From a virus, in the IMG/VR virus record IMGVR_UViG_3300022664_000309, positions 1,160 to 65,159 of that record: a stretch of DNA of 64,000 nucleotides; one strand, written 5' to 3'. Below the pieces are notes generated by a model. That model was not told where the DNA came from, searched no databases, and saw only the letters and a list, made by a program, of their open reading frames with translations. Shown one piece after another: positions 47,487 to 56,851 of this stretch. Made by a program: the position numbers and the translations under genes. Each line of letters begins with the position of its first letter. Position 1 is the stretch's first letter.

Positions 47487-48713
47487 GTGATGAACTTGGT
47501 GGGCGAGGAAGAGCTGAGTCAGATTCGGATACCGACAGATCTATTAGAAATTGAGAATCCTATTGATGCCAAGGCTCGCCAGTGGCTAGTACGAATTCAA
47601 ACCAATTTCTGGCAGTTCGACGCGGCAGTCCGAACCAGAGTCACATGGTTTAACGATCAACATTACAACCCTCTCAAGGTCTATGAAGGAATATTGCCTC
47701 ATTATGAAGCAATAATGTCAGATCTTAGAGAATTCAAGAGATATCTCGATGACAATGGATTTCCATTAAATTCTTCATATTATCAATACTACGATGCTTA
47801 TATGAAATATTATGAAGCATATTCAGATGTAGCAAAGCCGCCCGCACTGGTACAGGAAGAGTTGGATAGAGGGCGAATTGTAGGTATTTGCGACAAGGTT
47901 GATGATGGCGACACCATTTTCGTAAATGGAAAAGAGGTCAGGCTTGCCGGGATCGACTCGGCTGAAAAAGGGACGTACAGTGGGTCGGGACCTGCAACTG
48001 CGCGAATGAAGGAATTGGTTCTTGGCAAAATGGTTACAGTATATTTTGACCCGCATTCACCCATGGAAATGTATCGCCGGGTCCTGGGCGCGGTATATCT
48101 CGGCAATGGAGATGAAGAAGAACTGTACCGACGCGAGGATTGGAAGAGTATATTTGTCAACTATATAATGGTTGATGAATGCTTATCTAGCCCCAACAAC
48201 AAGGGGAGAAACATGTATATCGACCATGACGAAATCAAGGCAGCCTATGAAAAATGCAAGATTGCTGATCTTCCCACCATGGTTCGGGTTGAATTCAAGT
48301 CCAAACCAACTCACGCCATGATCTTCGTGGACGGCCAGGACACTCACCGTATAACTCCAGATTACTGGGACATGACACCAGGTGAACATGAAATAGCAAT
48401 AGTTGCTGATGGTTGCAGTTCTCATCATGAAACCATAAATGTATCTCGCGGCAAAAACGTGATCTACAAGGTTCTGGAACCTATTCCAACTGCAATCGGG
48501 AATATCAACATATTCACGACACCCCCGGACTGCGACATCATAGTAAACGACATGCCCCAAGGAGTTGCCCCCATAATCGGATTGAAGGAAGTGGCCAATG
48601 AACTGCTAAATATAACAGCAGTAAAGGAAGGTTATGTTTCGAAGACAGAACAGGTTATCCCAGTTGCTGGCAGGACTGTAACTGTAACATTTGATCCGCT
48701 AGAAAAAACCTAG
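47487..48713 (+). CDS. Thermonuclease (SNase) + two PEGA domains
   Basis: VDDGDTI..VRLAGIDSAE..YRRVLG; SKPTHAMIFVDG, TTPPDCDIIVN. Confidence 0.85.
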   Translation: MMNLVGEEELSQIRIPTDLLEIENPIDAKARQWLVRIQTNFWQFDAAVRTRVTWFNDQHYNPLKVYEGILPHYEAIMSDLREFKRYLDDNGFPLNSSYYQYYDAYMKYYEAYSDVAKPPALVQEELDRGRIVGICDKVDDGDTIFVNGKEVRLAGIDSAEKGTYSGSGPATARMKELVLGKMVTVYFDPHSPMEMYRRVLGAVYLGNGDEEELYRREDWKSIFVNYIMVDECLSSPNNKGRNMYIDHDEIKAAYEKCKIADLPTMVRVEFKSKPTHAMIFVDGQDTHRITPDYWDMTPGEHEIAIVADGCSSHHETINVSRGKNVIYKVLEPIPTAIGNINIFTTPPDCDIIVNDMPQGVAPIIGLKEVANELLNITAVKEGYVSKTEQVIPVAGRTVTVTFDPLEKT

Positions 48714-49087
48714 ATTGTGAGAGGAAGAACCAGATCTTTTCCATCTTCCTTCACAACTTTTATCATTTTTCCAAGTTCTGTAAAATCCATGCCTGCTTCG
48801 TTTATGATCAGCAATCCGCCTTTACCGATGATAACGTTTTTAGATATCATATAGACCGTCACAGAGCGATTCATGTCATTTTTACCCTGTGTTGCTGATA
48901 AGAACCCATCGGCAACTAAGCGATCCAGATGCTTCTTGAAAGCATTTATTTTTCTATGTCGATCTGCATCTGATTCGATACCATAGATCTCCTGGACCAG
49001 TTCTGTTAGCGATTTGGGTTCGCCTTTTTCCAGTATTTCGATGGCTTTTACGTCTGCCTCATTCAAAACCCAATTGCGGCCCGTCAA
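48710..49087 (-). CDS. Winged-helix protein
   Basis: PKSLTELV...HLDRLVADGFL. Confidence 0.7.
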   Translation of the reverse strand: MTGRNWVLNEADVKAIEILEKGEPKSLTELVQEIYGIESDADRHRKINAFKKHLDRLVADGFLSATQGKNDMNRSVTVYMISKNVIIGKGGLLIINEAGMDFTELGKMIKVVKEDGKDLVLPLTI

Positions 49088-49313
49088 TAACCTGCACCTC
49101 CGATCCGATCATCCGAACCCGAACACCCGATAATCGCATGACTATTGCATAAGCGCATACAGGATGCCCGTTTGCAATCAATATCTGGCAAAGATTTTGT
49201 GCTAACTGGGCTTGATATTGTCCATGTCCTTTAGGGCTATCCAGTATGGCCAGCATTGCTCGCCGTCTCTTTGGCATGTTTCTGACTTCTATATCAAGCT
49301 CAGTATCGAACAT
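49059..49313 (-). CDS. Hypothetical protein
   Basis: ORF in operon. Confidence 0.5.
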   Translation of the reverse strand: MFDTELDIEVRNMPKRRRAMLAILDSPKGHGQYQAQLAQNLCQILIANGHPVCAYAIVMRLSGVRVRMIGSEVQVIDGPQLGFE

Positions 49314-49316
49314 GGT

Positions 49317-49703
49317 CTATCCAAACATATCCTGGGTAGCTGTCTGATTCGGCGGTACAACCTTGGCAAGTTCTTTCATATATGTCTCTACATCATTCTT
49401 TTTCATCTCTTCAAACTTTTGCTCCATCTCATGCAGGCTTTCTGCATACCCGAAGTTCATCTTATATTTCTCGATCTGCATAGTCCATACATAGTCGGAT
49501 GAATTGGTATCCTTGTTATATATCAAAAAGAAACCTGTCAACGACATCTGAAAATTGATGTTATCGGCGTCGATTCTATAACAGCCACGAATACCAAAAA
49601 GAAACTTTAATATTCTAGATGATATACTGTTATCATAATACCATACAGACCACTGTTTATTTGCTTTCGGTTCACCAAATAATATTCTCCGTATCCTACT
49701 CAT
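49317..49703 (-). CDS. Hypothetical protein
   Basis: GGAGG RBS before MSRIRR. Confidence 0.6.
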   Translation of the reverse strand: MSRIRRILFGEPKANKQWSVWYYDNSISSRILKFLFGIRGCYRIDADNINFQMSLTGFFLIYNKDTNSSDYVWTMQIEKYKMNFGYAESLHEMEQKFEEMKKNDVETYMKELAKVVPPNQTATQDMFG

Positions 49704-50550
49704 GCGCCAACGCCTCCTTAGCTGCTTCAATCGAGTCGTATTCTCCACGATATAGTGCTGCGGCAATCTTCATCTTATTCTTTTGCGGCATGCCATCAAG
49801 AAATGGATCTGTCATGATCTTCGAGCTAAACTCGATCCATGCGTTTTTCTTACCGCTTTTCTTTGTTTCTTCAGTTGCTGGGTTATTTTGTTTTACTTTA
49901 TCATAACCGGCACTCATGAAGTTTTCATCAATAACCCCCATGGTGCGGATGACAAGTTTTTTGGCCTCTGACTCACATTCCGGCGACCCGTGTTGACACA
50001 AGGCTCTAACATAATCGCCATGTGATGCCACTACATCAGCATCTCCTTTACAAAGATCACATGGATTGGTGGCTTCTTCCATTCTGATGCTATCCACAAA
50101 CTTGTCGATCTCGCCGTTCTCAATCAGTTTTAGACCATCTATATATGTCCCAGCAGATCTTATGAATTTCTCCTCAACATCAGCAGGCACGTCCCGTGTT
50201 TTTTGATATGACACTGGTTCTTCCTTGGCGGGTTTGGTTTTATTGACAACTGGCGAGGTCTGAGTATCAAAAGGTATTGTTGACGATTCACCGTTCCAAG
50301 GCTTGGTTTTATAATGATTCAGATATGCACTAGATACGTAAAACACGCATCCGCACATCTGATCGGCTGGCTCCGATGCACTTCGTATTTTTTCTAAAGC
50401 CAATTCGCAAGGACAAGACTCAGCATGCCCACAGGGACATCTCCCGTCGCTCTCCTTCAGCAATTCTTCCCATTCCTGTGGGGATGTTCTGCCATGAATG
50501 AAGATTCCATTGTCTTTGGCAAAATCAATTAGTTCCTGGACTTTGTTCAT
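49696..50550 (-). CDS. Protein with ferredoxin-thioredoxin-reductase-like N-terminal Cys motif
   Basis: CPC...CPC...CGCVFYVS; also PCDLC..C..C and NAWIEF helical tail. Confidence 0.6.
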   Translation of the reverse strand: MNKVQELIDFAKDNGIFIHGRTSPQEWEELLKESDGRCPCGHAESCPCELALEKIRSASEPADQMCGCVFYVSSAYLNHYKTKPWNGESSTIPFDTQTSPVVNKTKPAKEEPVSYQKTRDVPADVEEKFIRSAGTYIDGLKLIENGEIDKFVDSIRMEEATNPCDLCKGDADVVASHGDYVRALCQHGSPECESEAKKLVIRTMGVIDENFMSAGYDKVKQNNPATEETKKSGKKNAWIEFSSKIMTDPFLDGMPQKNKMKIAAALYRGEYDSIEAAKEALAHE

Positions 50551-50963
50551 ATCTGAGAACCTGCCTGTATGCGATAGAATTTAACTATCTTGGCAATGTC
50601 TTCTGGGATTTCTTTCCCAGCTTTTTCCATTTCGTCAGCCCATTTTAGTATAGCTTCTGTGTTTGCTGCATTGTGGGTCTTGGCAAACTCGATCTGGGCC
50701 TGGATAAAGGCAGCCGGATTACTTGATGATTTTATTGCCTTGTATATAACTTCAGATCCCTTCTTTATTGATTTAACGTCTTTAGCTATCTCCTCCAATT
50801 CTTTGCGACATTCTTCTCGTCCCTTTTCGTCCGGGACAAACTCGCATGCACCTCGGGCAGAGTTCCAGGCGGTCATGATTTCTGGAACTAAACATTGTAC
50901 ACAGGGCTTCTCTTCCTTTTGTTCAGATGTAGCGGCTACACCAGGGTCTACAGCTTCTGACAT
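50547..50963 (-). CDS. CxxC helical protein
   Basis: PCVQC...C...C; GGTGAT RBS. Confidence 0.7.
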   Translation of the reverse strand: MSEAVDPGVAATSEQKEEKPCVQCLVPEIMTAWNSARGACEFVPDEKGREECRKELEEIAKDVKSIKKGSEVIYKAIKSSSNPAAFIQAQIEFAKTHNAANTEAILKWADEMEKAGKEIPEDIAKIVKFYRIQAGSQI

Positions 50964-50974
50964 AGTATCACCTT

Positions 50975-51409
50975 TTACCTTTTTATATAATAATTCTTCT
51001 TTAATGGGGGTAGCATTTCTGACCCGACCAAAGCAGCAGTTCCGTTATTGATAGAACTTACAAGCCTTGCTAATACGGAGTCTGGGAATACCACCAGTTC
51101 TACTTCGCCTCTTGCCATCAGATCCAGTAGTTCGGCAATGATGGCCTCCTGCCTTACATTACCAGGCAGTTCTTGCGGGGCTTCTCCATCTCGGATAATA
51201 CGATCAGCAATCAGATGATACCTGGCGGACCAAGCAGCCGCGAAATCTCCGGTCGCTATTAGCATATCGTCCACAACATTGTCGTCGTGAAAAAACCTTC
51301 GGTGGTTAGGCCCCTCTTTGCTCATTATGTCCATCATTTGATGAACATGTGGAAATTTTCTGCCGATAAGAATATCGTCTATGTTGTAATGTATCTCATG
51401 CTGTGGCAT
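50975..51409 (-). CDS. His-rich putative metal-dependent hydrolase
   Basis: H..H...VH..MD...HRRFFH...HLIAD. Confidence 0.5.
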   Translation of the reverse strand: MPQHEIHYNIDDILIGRKFPHVHQMMDIMSKEGPNHRRFFHDDNVVDDMLIATGDFAAAWSARYHLIADRIIRDGEAPQELPGNVRQEAIIAELLDLMARGEVELVVFPDSVLARLVSSINNGTAALVGSEMLPPLKKNYYIKR

Positions 51410-51617
51410 CCGGCTCCTCCATCTGTCTTTTCAGTTTCAATAGCTCCTCCGTTGTGAACTTGACACAGAATGATATGTAAGCCCACTCTCCATCTTTTTT
51501 GCTTAGTCGGAGTCTGGCTGCGAACTCAGAAGCCTCAAAAAGATCATCCAGTAGTTCAGCCGGGGCGCTGCCTCTTAACATTAGCGTATTCGATCGGCGG
51601 TCTACATTAGCCCACAT
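51396..51617 (-). CDS. Hypothetical protein
   Basis: First ORF of the leftward unit at a divergent promoter. Confidence 0.55.
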   Translation of the reverse strand: MWANVDRRSNTLMLRGSAPAELLDDLFEASEFAARLRLSKKDGEWAYISFCVKFTTEELLKLKRQMEEPDATA

Positions 51618-51674
51618 TATACGCGTAAACTAGCAACAAATGATTTATATACTTTTCCACACGCGTAGTTTAGC

Positions 51675-52874
51675 ATGGCAAAGAAACCAGGTAGGCCATC
51701 TTCCGATGAAATAGCTACTGAATCGGTGAGACAGGCCAATGATGCTTCTAAGATTGACGTGCAGACAGATGATAATGAAACAGCAAGATTGCTGAAAGAG
51801 GCCAACGCAATTCTAACACACTCTGCAAAAACTGATCTTCTAAAAGCTGCTGCAACCAATGCAAAAAAGGCAGCTCTCGAAGCAAAAAGAGAAGCTGAAG
51901 AAGAATATGCCGCCGTCAAGGGCAAACCAAGCCGGTCATCTGGCTCTGGATTCAGATCACTGCCAGATGGGTTTACTGCGACTGACATTCGAGAAATAGC
52001 TAGCGCACTGCCAGAAGAACAACGTGAGGCATTCATAAGGCAATCACTGGGGATGCCTACTGGCAATGGATTGATCAATGCATTTATGCAGCGAAGCCCG
52101 ACTGCCCAGCCTGTAGCAACGACACAAACGCCAACCCAGCAACCCATGTCATTCGCAGATATGATGCAGGGTATGATGGGTCTTATGACGATGAGCATGC
52201 AGTTGGAGCAGAAGAAGTCTGAGGAATGGCGACAGCAGCAGCAATATCTTGAAGATCAACACCGAAGGCGTGTTGAGGAGCTTCGAGAAGCCCGTGGAGA
52301 AGTCCGAGAGACAGGTCCAGATCCCATGGTTGAGGCATATAAGCTTCAGATCGAGATGTTAAAGAGTGAGTTGGACACCAATCGGGCAATGATCAAAGAA
52401 CTGGTTGATGCTAAAAAGAGCGGTGGAGACAGTTCTGGCATGCTTGAATCCAAGATCTTGGAACTTACTCAGAAGAATCTGGATATCCAAAACCAGGCTC
52501 TTGAAGCGAAAGTGAAATCCATGGAGGCGCAATTGCAGCAAAGCAGTCGCTTCCAAATGAATATTAACGATATTATAAAACAGGCTAAAGAGGCTGGGGC
52601 TGATCTCCGGGTGGGGGATTCCACAGATCTTCAACTGGCCAACGATCATGAATATAGGATGGAACAGCTAAAATTGGCAAAAGAACGGGAAGACAAGATT
52701 GCCGAGGCCCAGATAGAAGCCGCCAGAGCAAAACAGGCCCAGGCACAATCTCAGCAAGAGTTGATTAAAACAATAGCCGTGGCAGTTGGTCAACAGTTGC
52801 TTTCCAAGAACGGATCAAAAGATGTGAAAGATTCCAGCGAGTCGGTGAAAAAGTTGGCAGGTGCTGTGCAATGA
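51675..52874 (+). CDS. Coiled-coil Gln/Glu-rich protein, putative virion or scaffold protein
   Basis: 399 aa, mostly heptads; TTTATATA box upstream. Confidence 0.8.
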   Translation: MAKKPGRPSSDEIATESVRQANDASKIDVQTDDNETARLLKEANAILTHSAKTDLLKAAATNAKKAALEAKREAEEEYAAVKGKPSRSSGSGFRSLPDGFTATDIREIASALPEEQREAFIRQSLGMPTGNGLINAFMQRSPTAQPVATTQTPTQQPMSFADMMQGMMGLMTMSMQLEQKKSEEWRQQQQYLEDQHRRRVEELREARGEVRETGPDPMVEAYKLQIEMLKSELDTNRAMIKELVDAKKSGGDSSGMLESKILELTQKNLDIQNQALEAKVKSMEAQLQQSSRFQMNINDIIKQAKEAGADLRVGDSTDLQLANDHEYRMEQLKLAKEREDKIAEAQIEAARAKQAQAQSQQELIKTIAVAVGQQLLSKNGSKDVKDSSESVKKLAGAVQ

Positions 52875-53224
52875 GTTTGGAACAATTAGATCAAATCATT
52901 GCAGTACACCTTAGCACGGCTGATGATTTTCCAGACGAAATGACCATCAAAGCAGCTTTTCAACAATCAATGGTAATGGGTGCAGACCACACTGTGAAAT
53001 ATATAAAGTCTATGAATATATGGGAAGTTGCGAGGCCTATTCTCCAAGATGCCATTCAGGATATACCACTAGAAGAAAATCCTGAAATAGCCGGAAGGAT
53101 ATTTAATGTGATGGAAACACTATATCCCAAGTTCATAATTGCCGTGGCGTCGTCTCCTAAAAAGGTGACGCATGCGGGTGATATAATATCGAAGCTAATT
53201 AAGGAGATTAGAAATGGCACTTGA
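52871..53224 (+). CDS. Hypothetical protein
   Basis: ATGA overlap. Confidence 0.7.
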   Translation: MSLEQLDQIIAVHLSTADDFPDEMTIKAAFQQSMVMGADHTVKYIKSMNIWEVARPILQDAIQDIPLEENPEIAGRIFNVMETLYPKFIIAVASSPKKVTHAGDIISKLIKEIRNGT

Positions 53225-54035
53225 GATCAGGAATATAACAGACGACAAATACGGTCTGGTTGACCAACCTTTCCGGGTTTACGAGGTTCCGGAAGGAGTG
53301 GGGCTTGATGAATATGCGTTGGAGGATTATCGACAACCGTTGTCTTTTGATGCAAACAAGAGACCTCTTACATATCTGCAATTGGCTAAGAACCCGGCAA
53401 CCCGAAAATTCGTTCCGTTTGAGGTTCTTTATGATGCCAATGCATATACTGATGATGACATCCTAGCAATACCAACACTAGGAAACATTGGTCAAACGTG
53501 TTCTTATTGCCAGGCCCGGAACGCTGGCGAAGAACTTGTTAGCAAACTTCCGGTTATCCGGGAGTATCAGAGGCCGGTGGGTTCTCCGAAAAAGCTTGAC
53601 CTTGGCGATGTCATCACCCCGAGTGTAATACCAACTGCTGTTGACGTGTTTTCGAAGATTTTTTGCCAACCGCTGGGAGAAGCACTACTGAAAATCGGAG
53701 TGTCCGGTTTATCTTCGATCGCTGCTGGATGGGCATCGGAGGGTGGCACACAGGATGCTTGGAGAAAGATATCTGAAGACATTGTCAGCGAATATAAGGT
53801 CTGCCCAACAGATATTCCAGCCTTCCAGCAAAATGTGCTGGCCATTAAGGAGGCTCTTGACAAGGATAAGAAAAATATCCTCGGTGCTCTCGCATCCGGC
53901 ACGGTCAAGAATTTTGGTCAGCTCGCGAAGGAGCATGGGTTCGAAGTTAGTGGGTCAGCAGTGGCAAATGCCAAATTTGCAGGGAGAGCATCAATAGCTC
54001 CTTTGCAACGGGGAGGAGGTCGAGCAATCGACTGA
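53214..54035 (+). CDS. Hypothetical protein with amphipathic/hydrophobic segment
   Basis: AAGGAG RBS; 273 aa. Confidence 0.75.
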   Translation: MALEIRNITDDKYGLVDQPFRVYEVPEGVGLDEYALEDYRQPLSFDANKRPLTYLQLAKNPATRKFVPFEVLYDANAYTDDDILAIPTLGNIGQTCSYCQARNAGEELVSKLPVIREYQRPVGSPKKLDLGDVITPSVIPTAVDVFSKIFCQPLGEALLKIGVSGLSSIAAGWASEGGTQDAWRKISEDIVSEYKVCPTDIPAFQQNVLAIKEALDKDKKNILGALASGTVKNFGQLAKEHGFEVSGSAVANAKFAGRASIAPLQRGGGRAID

Positions 54036-54040
54036 TTACC

Positions 54041-54253
54041 ATGGATAAAACTGCTATAAATCAAATAACGGCATTGCTGCGGAGTAAAAATATATCCGCT
54101 TCAGATATAAAAAGAGCAAATGAAACAGTTGCTGCAAATGGGCTCCGTATTAGTGAGCTACAGACCGCGTTGTATTTCGCCAATAATGGAGACTTGCAGC
54201 AAGCCAAGGTTATGGCCGGACGAGCTGCTACTGCTATTCAGCGACTACTCTAG
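54041..54253 (+). CDS. Small helical protein
   Basis: 70 aa in operon. Confidence 0.6.
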   Translation: MDKTAINQITALLRSKNISASDIKRANETVAANGLRISELQTALYFANNGDLQQAKVMAGRAATAIQRLL

Positions 54254-54409
54254 GGCCAGTTTCATTTTTTGTTTGGGCATTTCCGGGTTGGCCCTGAGCC
54301 AGGAATCCACCATGGCCCTTAACTCCACGCTCATTTTCTTTTTTCTGGTAATACAGCGTTGATGGAATTCAAGCCCCATGTCATCTGGTATTTCAAAGGT
54401 TATTCTCAT
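54245..54409 (-). CDS. Ribbon-helix-helix regulator
   Basis: MRITFEIPDD...FHQRC...MSVELRAMVDSWL. Confidence 0.75.
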   Translation of the reverse strand: MRITFEIPDDMGLEFHQRCITRKKKMSVELRAMVDSWLRANPEMPKQKMKLALE

Positions 54410-54520
54410 ATTATGCAATTGGGCTTTTAGAATATATACCTTTCGTAAAATGACAAAAAACACTTATATATAAAAAACTTGTTTTATTTATCGGTCAATT
54501 GATTGACCAGGATGAAACAC

Positions 54521-55702
54521 ATGGTAAAAGGTTTCGGAAGAATGACTTTGAATTTTAAGTATCCATTTTCCGTAGTGGGTACTACAGCTGGAGCTTCCAT
54601 TCAGTGTGGGGATGACCCTGTATATGTATGGGAGCACGGCCTGGAAAGATATAGCAAGCCCTGGGAACTGGCCCCTGACATGGTCGCCGAGCTGGAGGGC
54701 ATAGAAGTGATTGGCGGGGTAGATGCCTTCGGGCGGCGTGTTCCTATCAAGAGGATTGTTCCGGTTATCAGTGGTAATGATATCGGCGAGAATATTTCTA
54801 TCAATGAGCATATGGCTCCAGCTCTTCGCGATGGACCCAATGACCCGAGTTACCCGTTCAGGGATCGTCTGGCCTGCATCAACTTCGGCAAGGCTCTTCT
54901 GATGGGTGGCGGTGCAAATACCACATCTATAAAGATGGGACCAAGTGACACCCTGAACTTCAAGATCGAGTTTCCCACGGTTGCCCACGGTGGCGATGCA
55001 GTCATAAATTCTGATCTTGAGATCAAAGCTCACATCGCCTTCGCGAAGGGTGCAGATCAGATGCTGAATGCGCTGAGATCATCCCCAGTTGCTGAGGTGG
55101 CCACTGCTGCTGCCAATAACCAGATCAGGCAGTATGAGGTCTTGGGAGATCTTGAGATTTCTGATGTCATTGCTCCGCAGGTAATTGATAGATCGGTCCC
55201 AGCAACAATGGATTGGTGGTCCAGCCTGAATATGGGTCTGAATGCCGATGATCCCCAGATCAAGAGAATCATCACCTATACCAAGAACAACCAGCCCACC
55301 ACTCCGAATCAGGAAATGGAGATGGTGCGTGATGGTCAGTATGTCCAGGTGCCATTCCAGAATTTCAGGTGGACGGCAACTGAAAAGAAGTTTTACAGGT
55401 TTACTCATGTTGGCGTAATTCCCCATAGAAATATGTTCCAGGTGAAGTTTGATAACGGCAACAGCCGCTACCCGATGATCTTTAACTGTGAACCAAACGA
55501 CAACCCGTTTGTAATGCCACAGCAATCTCTGGTTGCAGATATCAGACGTGGAGGACCAACTGAGTTGCCTCGCGCATATACCCTCATGAAGGGAATTGGA
55601 TCTGTGAAGGTAACCGATAACGGTGTATCAATTCCCGCTTGGGCAGCTGGTGTTAGAGGATTCGAAATAGCCCTCTGGGGATATGAGTACACATTACAGT
55701 AG
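54521..55702 (+). CDS. Candidate major capsid protein 1
   Basis: 393 aa, beta-rich pattern, strong TTATATATAAA box, heads the structural operon; fold not verified. Confidence 0.45.
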   Translation: MVKGFGRMTLNFKYPFSVVGTTAGASIQCGDDPVYVWEHGLERYSKPWELAPDMVAELEGIEVIGGVDAFGRRVPIKRIVPVISGNDIGENISINEHMAPALRDGPNDPSYPFRDRLACINFGKALLMGGGANTTSIKMGPSDTLNFKIEFPTVAHGGDAVINSDLEIKAHIAFAKGADQMLNALRSSPVAEVATAAANNQIRQYEVLGDLEISDVIAPQVIDRSVPATMDWWSSLNMGLNADDPQIKRIITYTKNNQPTTPNQEMEMVRDGQYVQVPFQNFRWTATEKKFYRFTHVGVIPHRNMFQVKFDNGNSRYPMIFNCEPNDNPFVMPQQSLVADIRRGGPTELPRAYTLMKGIGSVKVTDNGVSIPAWAAGVRGFEIALWGYEYTLQ

Positions 55703-55712
55703 GTGATAAAAA

Positions 55713-56489
55713 ATGGCATTTGCTTTCTTCCCTATCGGTGCGGTTGGTCTGACCACGGTGCAGGGTGTTTCTGCATATTGGGTTAGACTTCCCATCGGCT
55801 CAAAGCCCATTCGTGACATCTACACTGCTGGAATTCCTGCCGTCACTGACGGCAAGGGCGTGGTAATGATGGCACTGGGAGTACTGGATTCTCTCGTAAT
55901 CGATGATTGCGAAGATGCATGGAACGAAGATGCTCCAGCAAACTTCACGGTTTCGCTAGACACAACCGATAAAGTTGTCGGAACTTCGTCTGTAAAGGTA
56001 GATATTGCGGCTGATGCTGCCGCTGGTACAATATTGTGCGAAGTTGTTGCACCCGGCCCGGCCTTGCCCAAATTCACCCATTTGGAGTTCTGGATCAAGA
56101 GTAGCGTCGCCACCGCCGCCGGAGATCTTCAGATCCTGCTGGACGATACCGCAAAGTGCGTCAGCCCTCTGGAAACTCTCAACGTGCCTGCCCTGGTCGC
56201 AGACAAATGGACTCATGTCCGCGTTGCACTTCTGACGCCACAGCTTGATAACGCTATCATAAGCCTCGGCCTGAAGTACACCGTAGACATTGGTGCCTGT
56301 ACGATCCATCTGGACGACTTCAGAGCCGTCAGACTAGCCACAGTTGCCACTCCACTCCAGGTCTCTCAGTTCGTCCAGGACGACGTGTACCTCGCTTTGT
56401 CGGAAGGAATAGACTCAGCATATAATCAGAATGCGGTTCTTGCGGTCTATTACACCGCTCCCGATGAAGATCCAACCTGTAGCAATTAG
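55713..56489 (+). CDS. Structural protein with carbohydrate-binding-like jelly-roll insert
   Basis: HLEFWIKS...WTHVRV...IHLDDFRA. Confidence 0.6.
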   Translation: MAFAFFPIGAVGLTTVQGVSAYWVRLPIGSKPIRDIYTAGIPAVTDGKGVVMMALGVLDSLVIDDCEDAWNEDAPANFTVSLDTTDKVVGTSSVKVDIAADAAAGTILCEVVAPGPALPKFTHLEFWIKSSVATAAGDLQILLDDTAKCVSPLETLNVPALVADKWTHVRVALLTPQLDNAIISLGLKYTVDIGACTIHLDDFRAVRLATVATPLQVSQFVQDDVYLALSEGIDSAYNQNAVLAVYYTAPDEDPTCSN

Positions 56490-56507
56490 AGGGAATGTAT
56501 TCCCTCT

Positions 56508-56732
56508 TTACTTTTTTATAAAATTAAATAATGTTGCTCTAATATCTCTTGTAAGACCATCTACATCCAGATTGCCGTTTATCTTTGGTGGAAACACGAT
56601 CAGTACCCCATGATCTAGAAGTTGCAGATCATCGCCAGCTCTTACGTTATGCTGCTTGGTCCATGCGGCTGGCAAGGTTATCCTCTTCGATCCGCCACTT
56701 GGGATCGCCTTGACTGTTCTGAACATTGGCAT
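56508..56732 (-). CDS. AbrB/MazE/SpoVT-like regulator
   Basis: GGSKRITLPAAW...VRAGDDL. Confidence 0.8.
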   Translation of the reverse strand: MPMFRTVKAIPSGGSKRITLPAAWTKQHNVRAGDDLQLLDHGVLIVFPPKINGNLDVDGLTRDIRATLFNFIKK

Positions 56733-56851
56733 GATAATACCACTATATTCCTATTATATAACAGTGTTGAACAAGGCTATTAAATAAAAATAATCTGATT
56801 GAACATTGTACTACTTTGTTCCGCATTTGTTTTTATATTAATCTCCCATAA

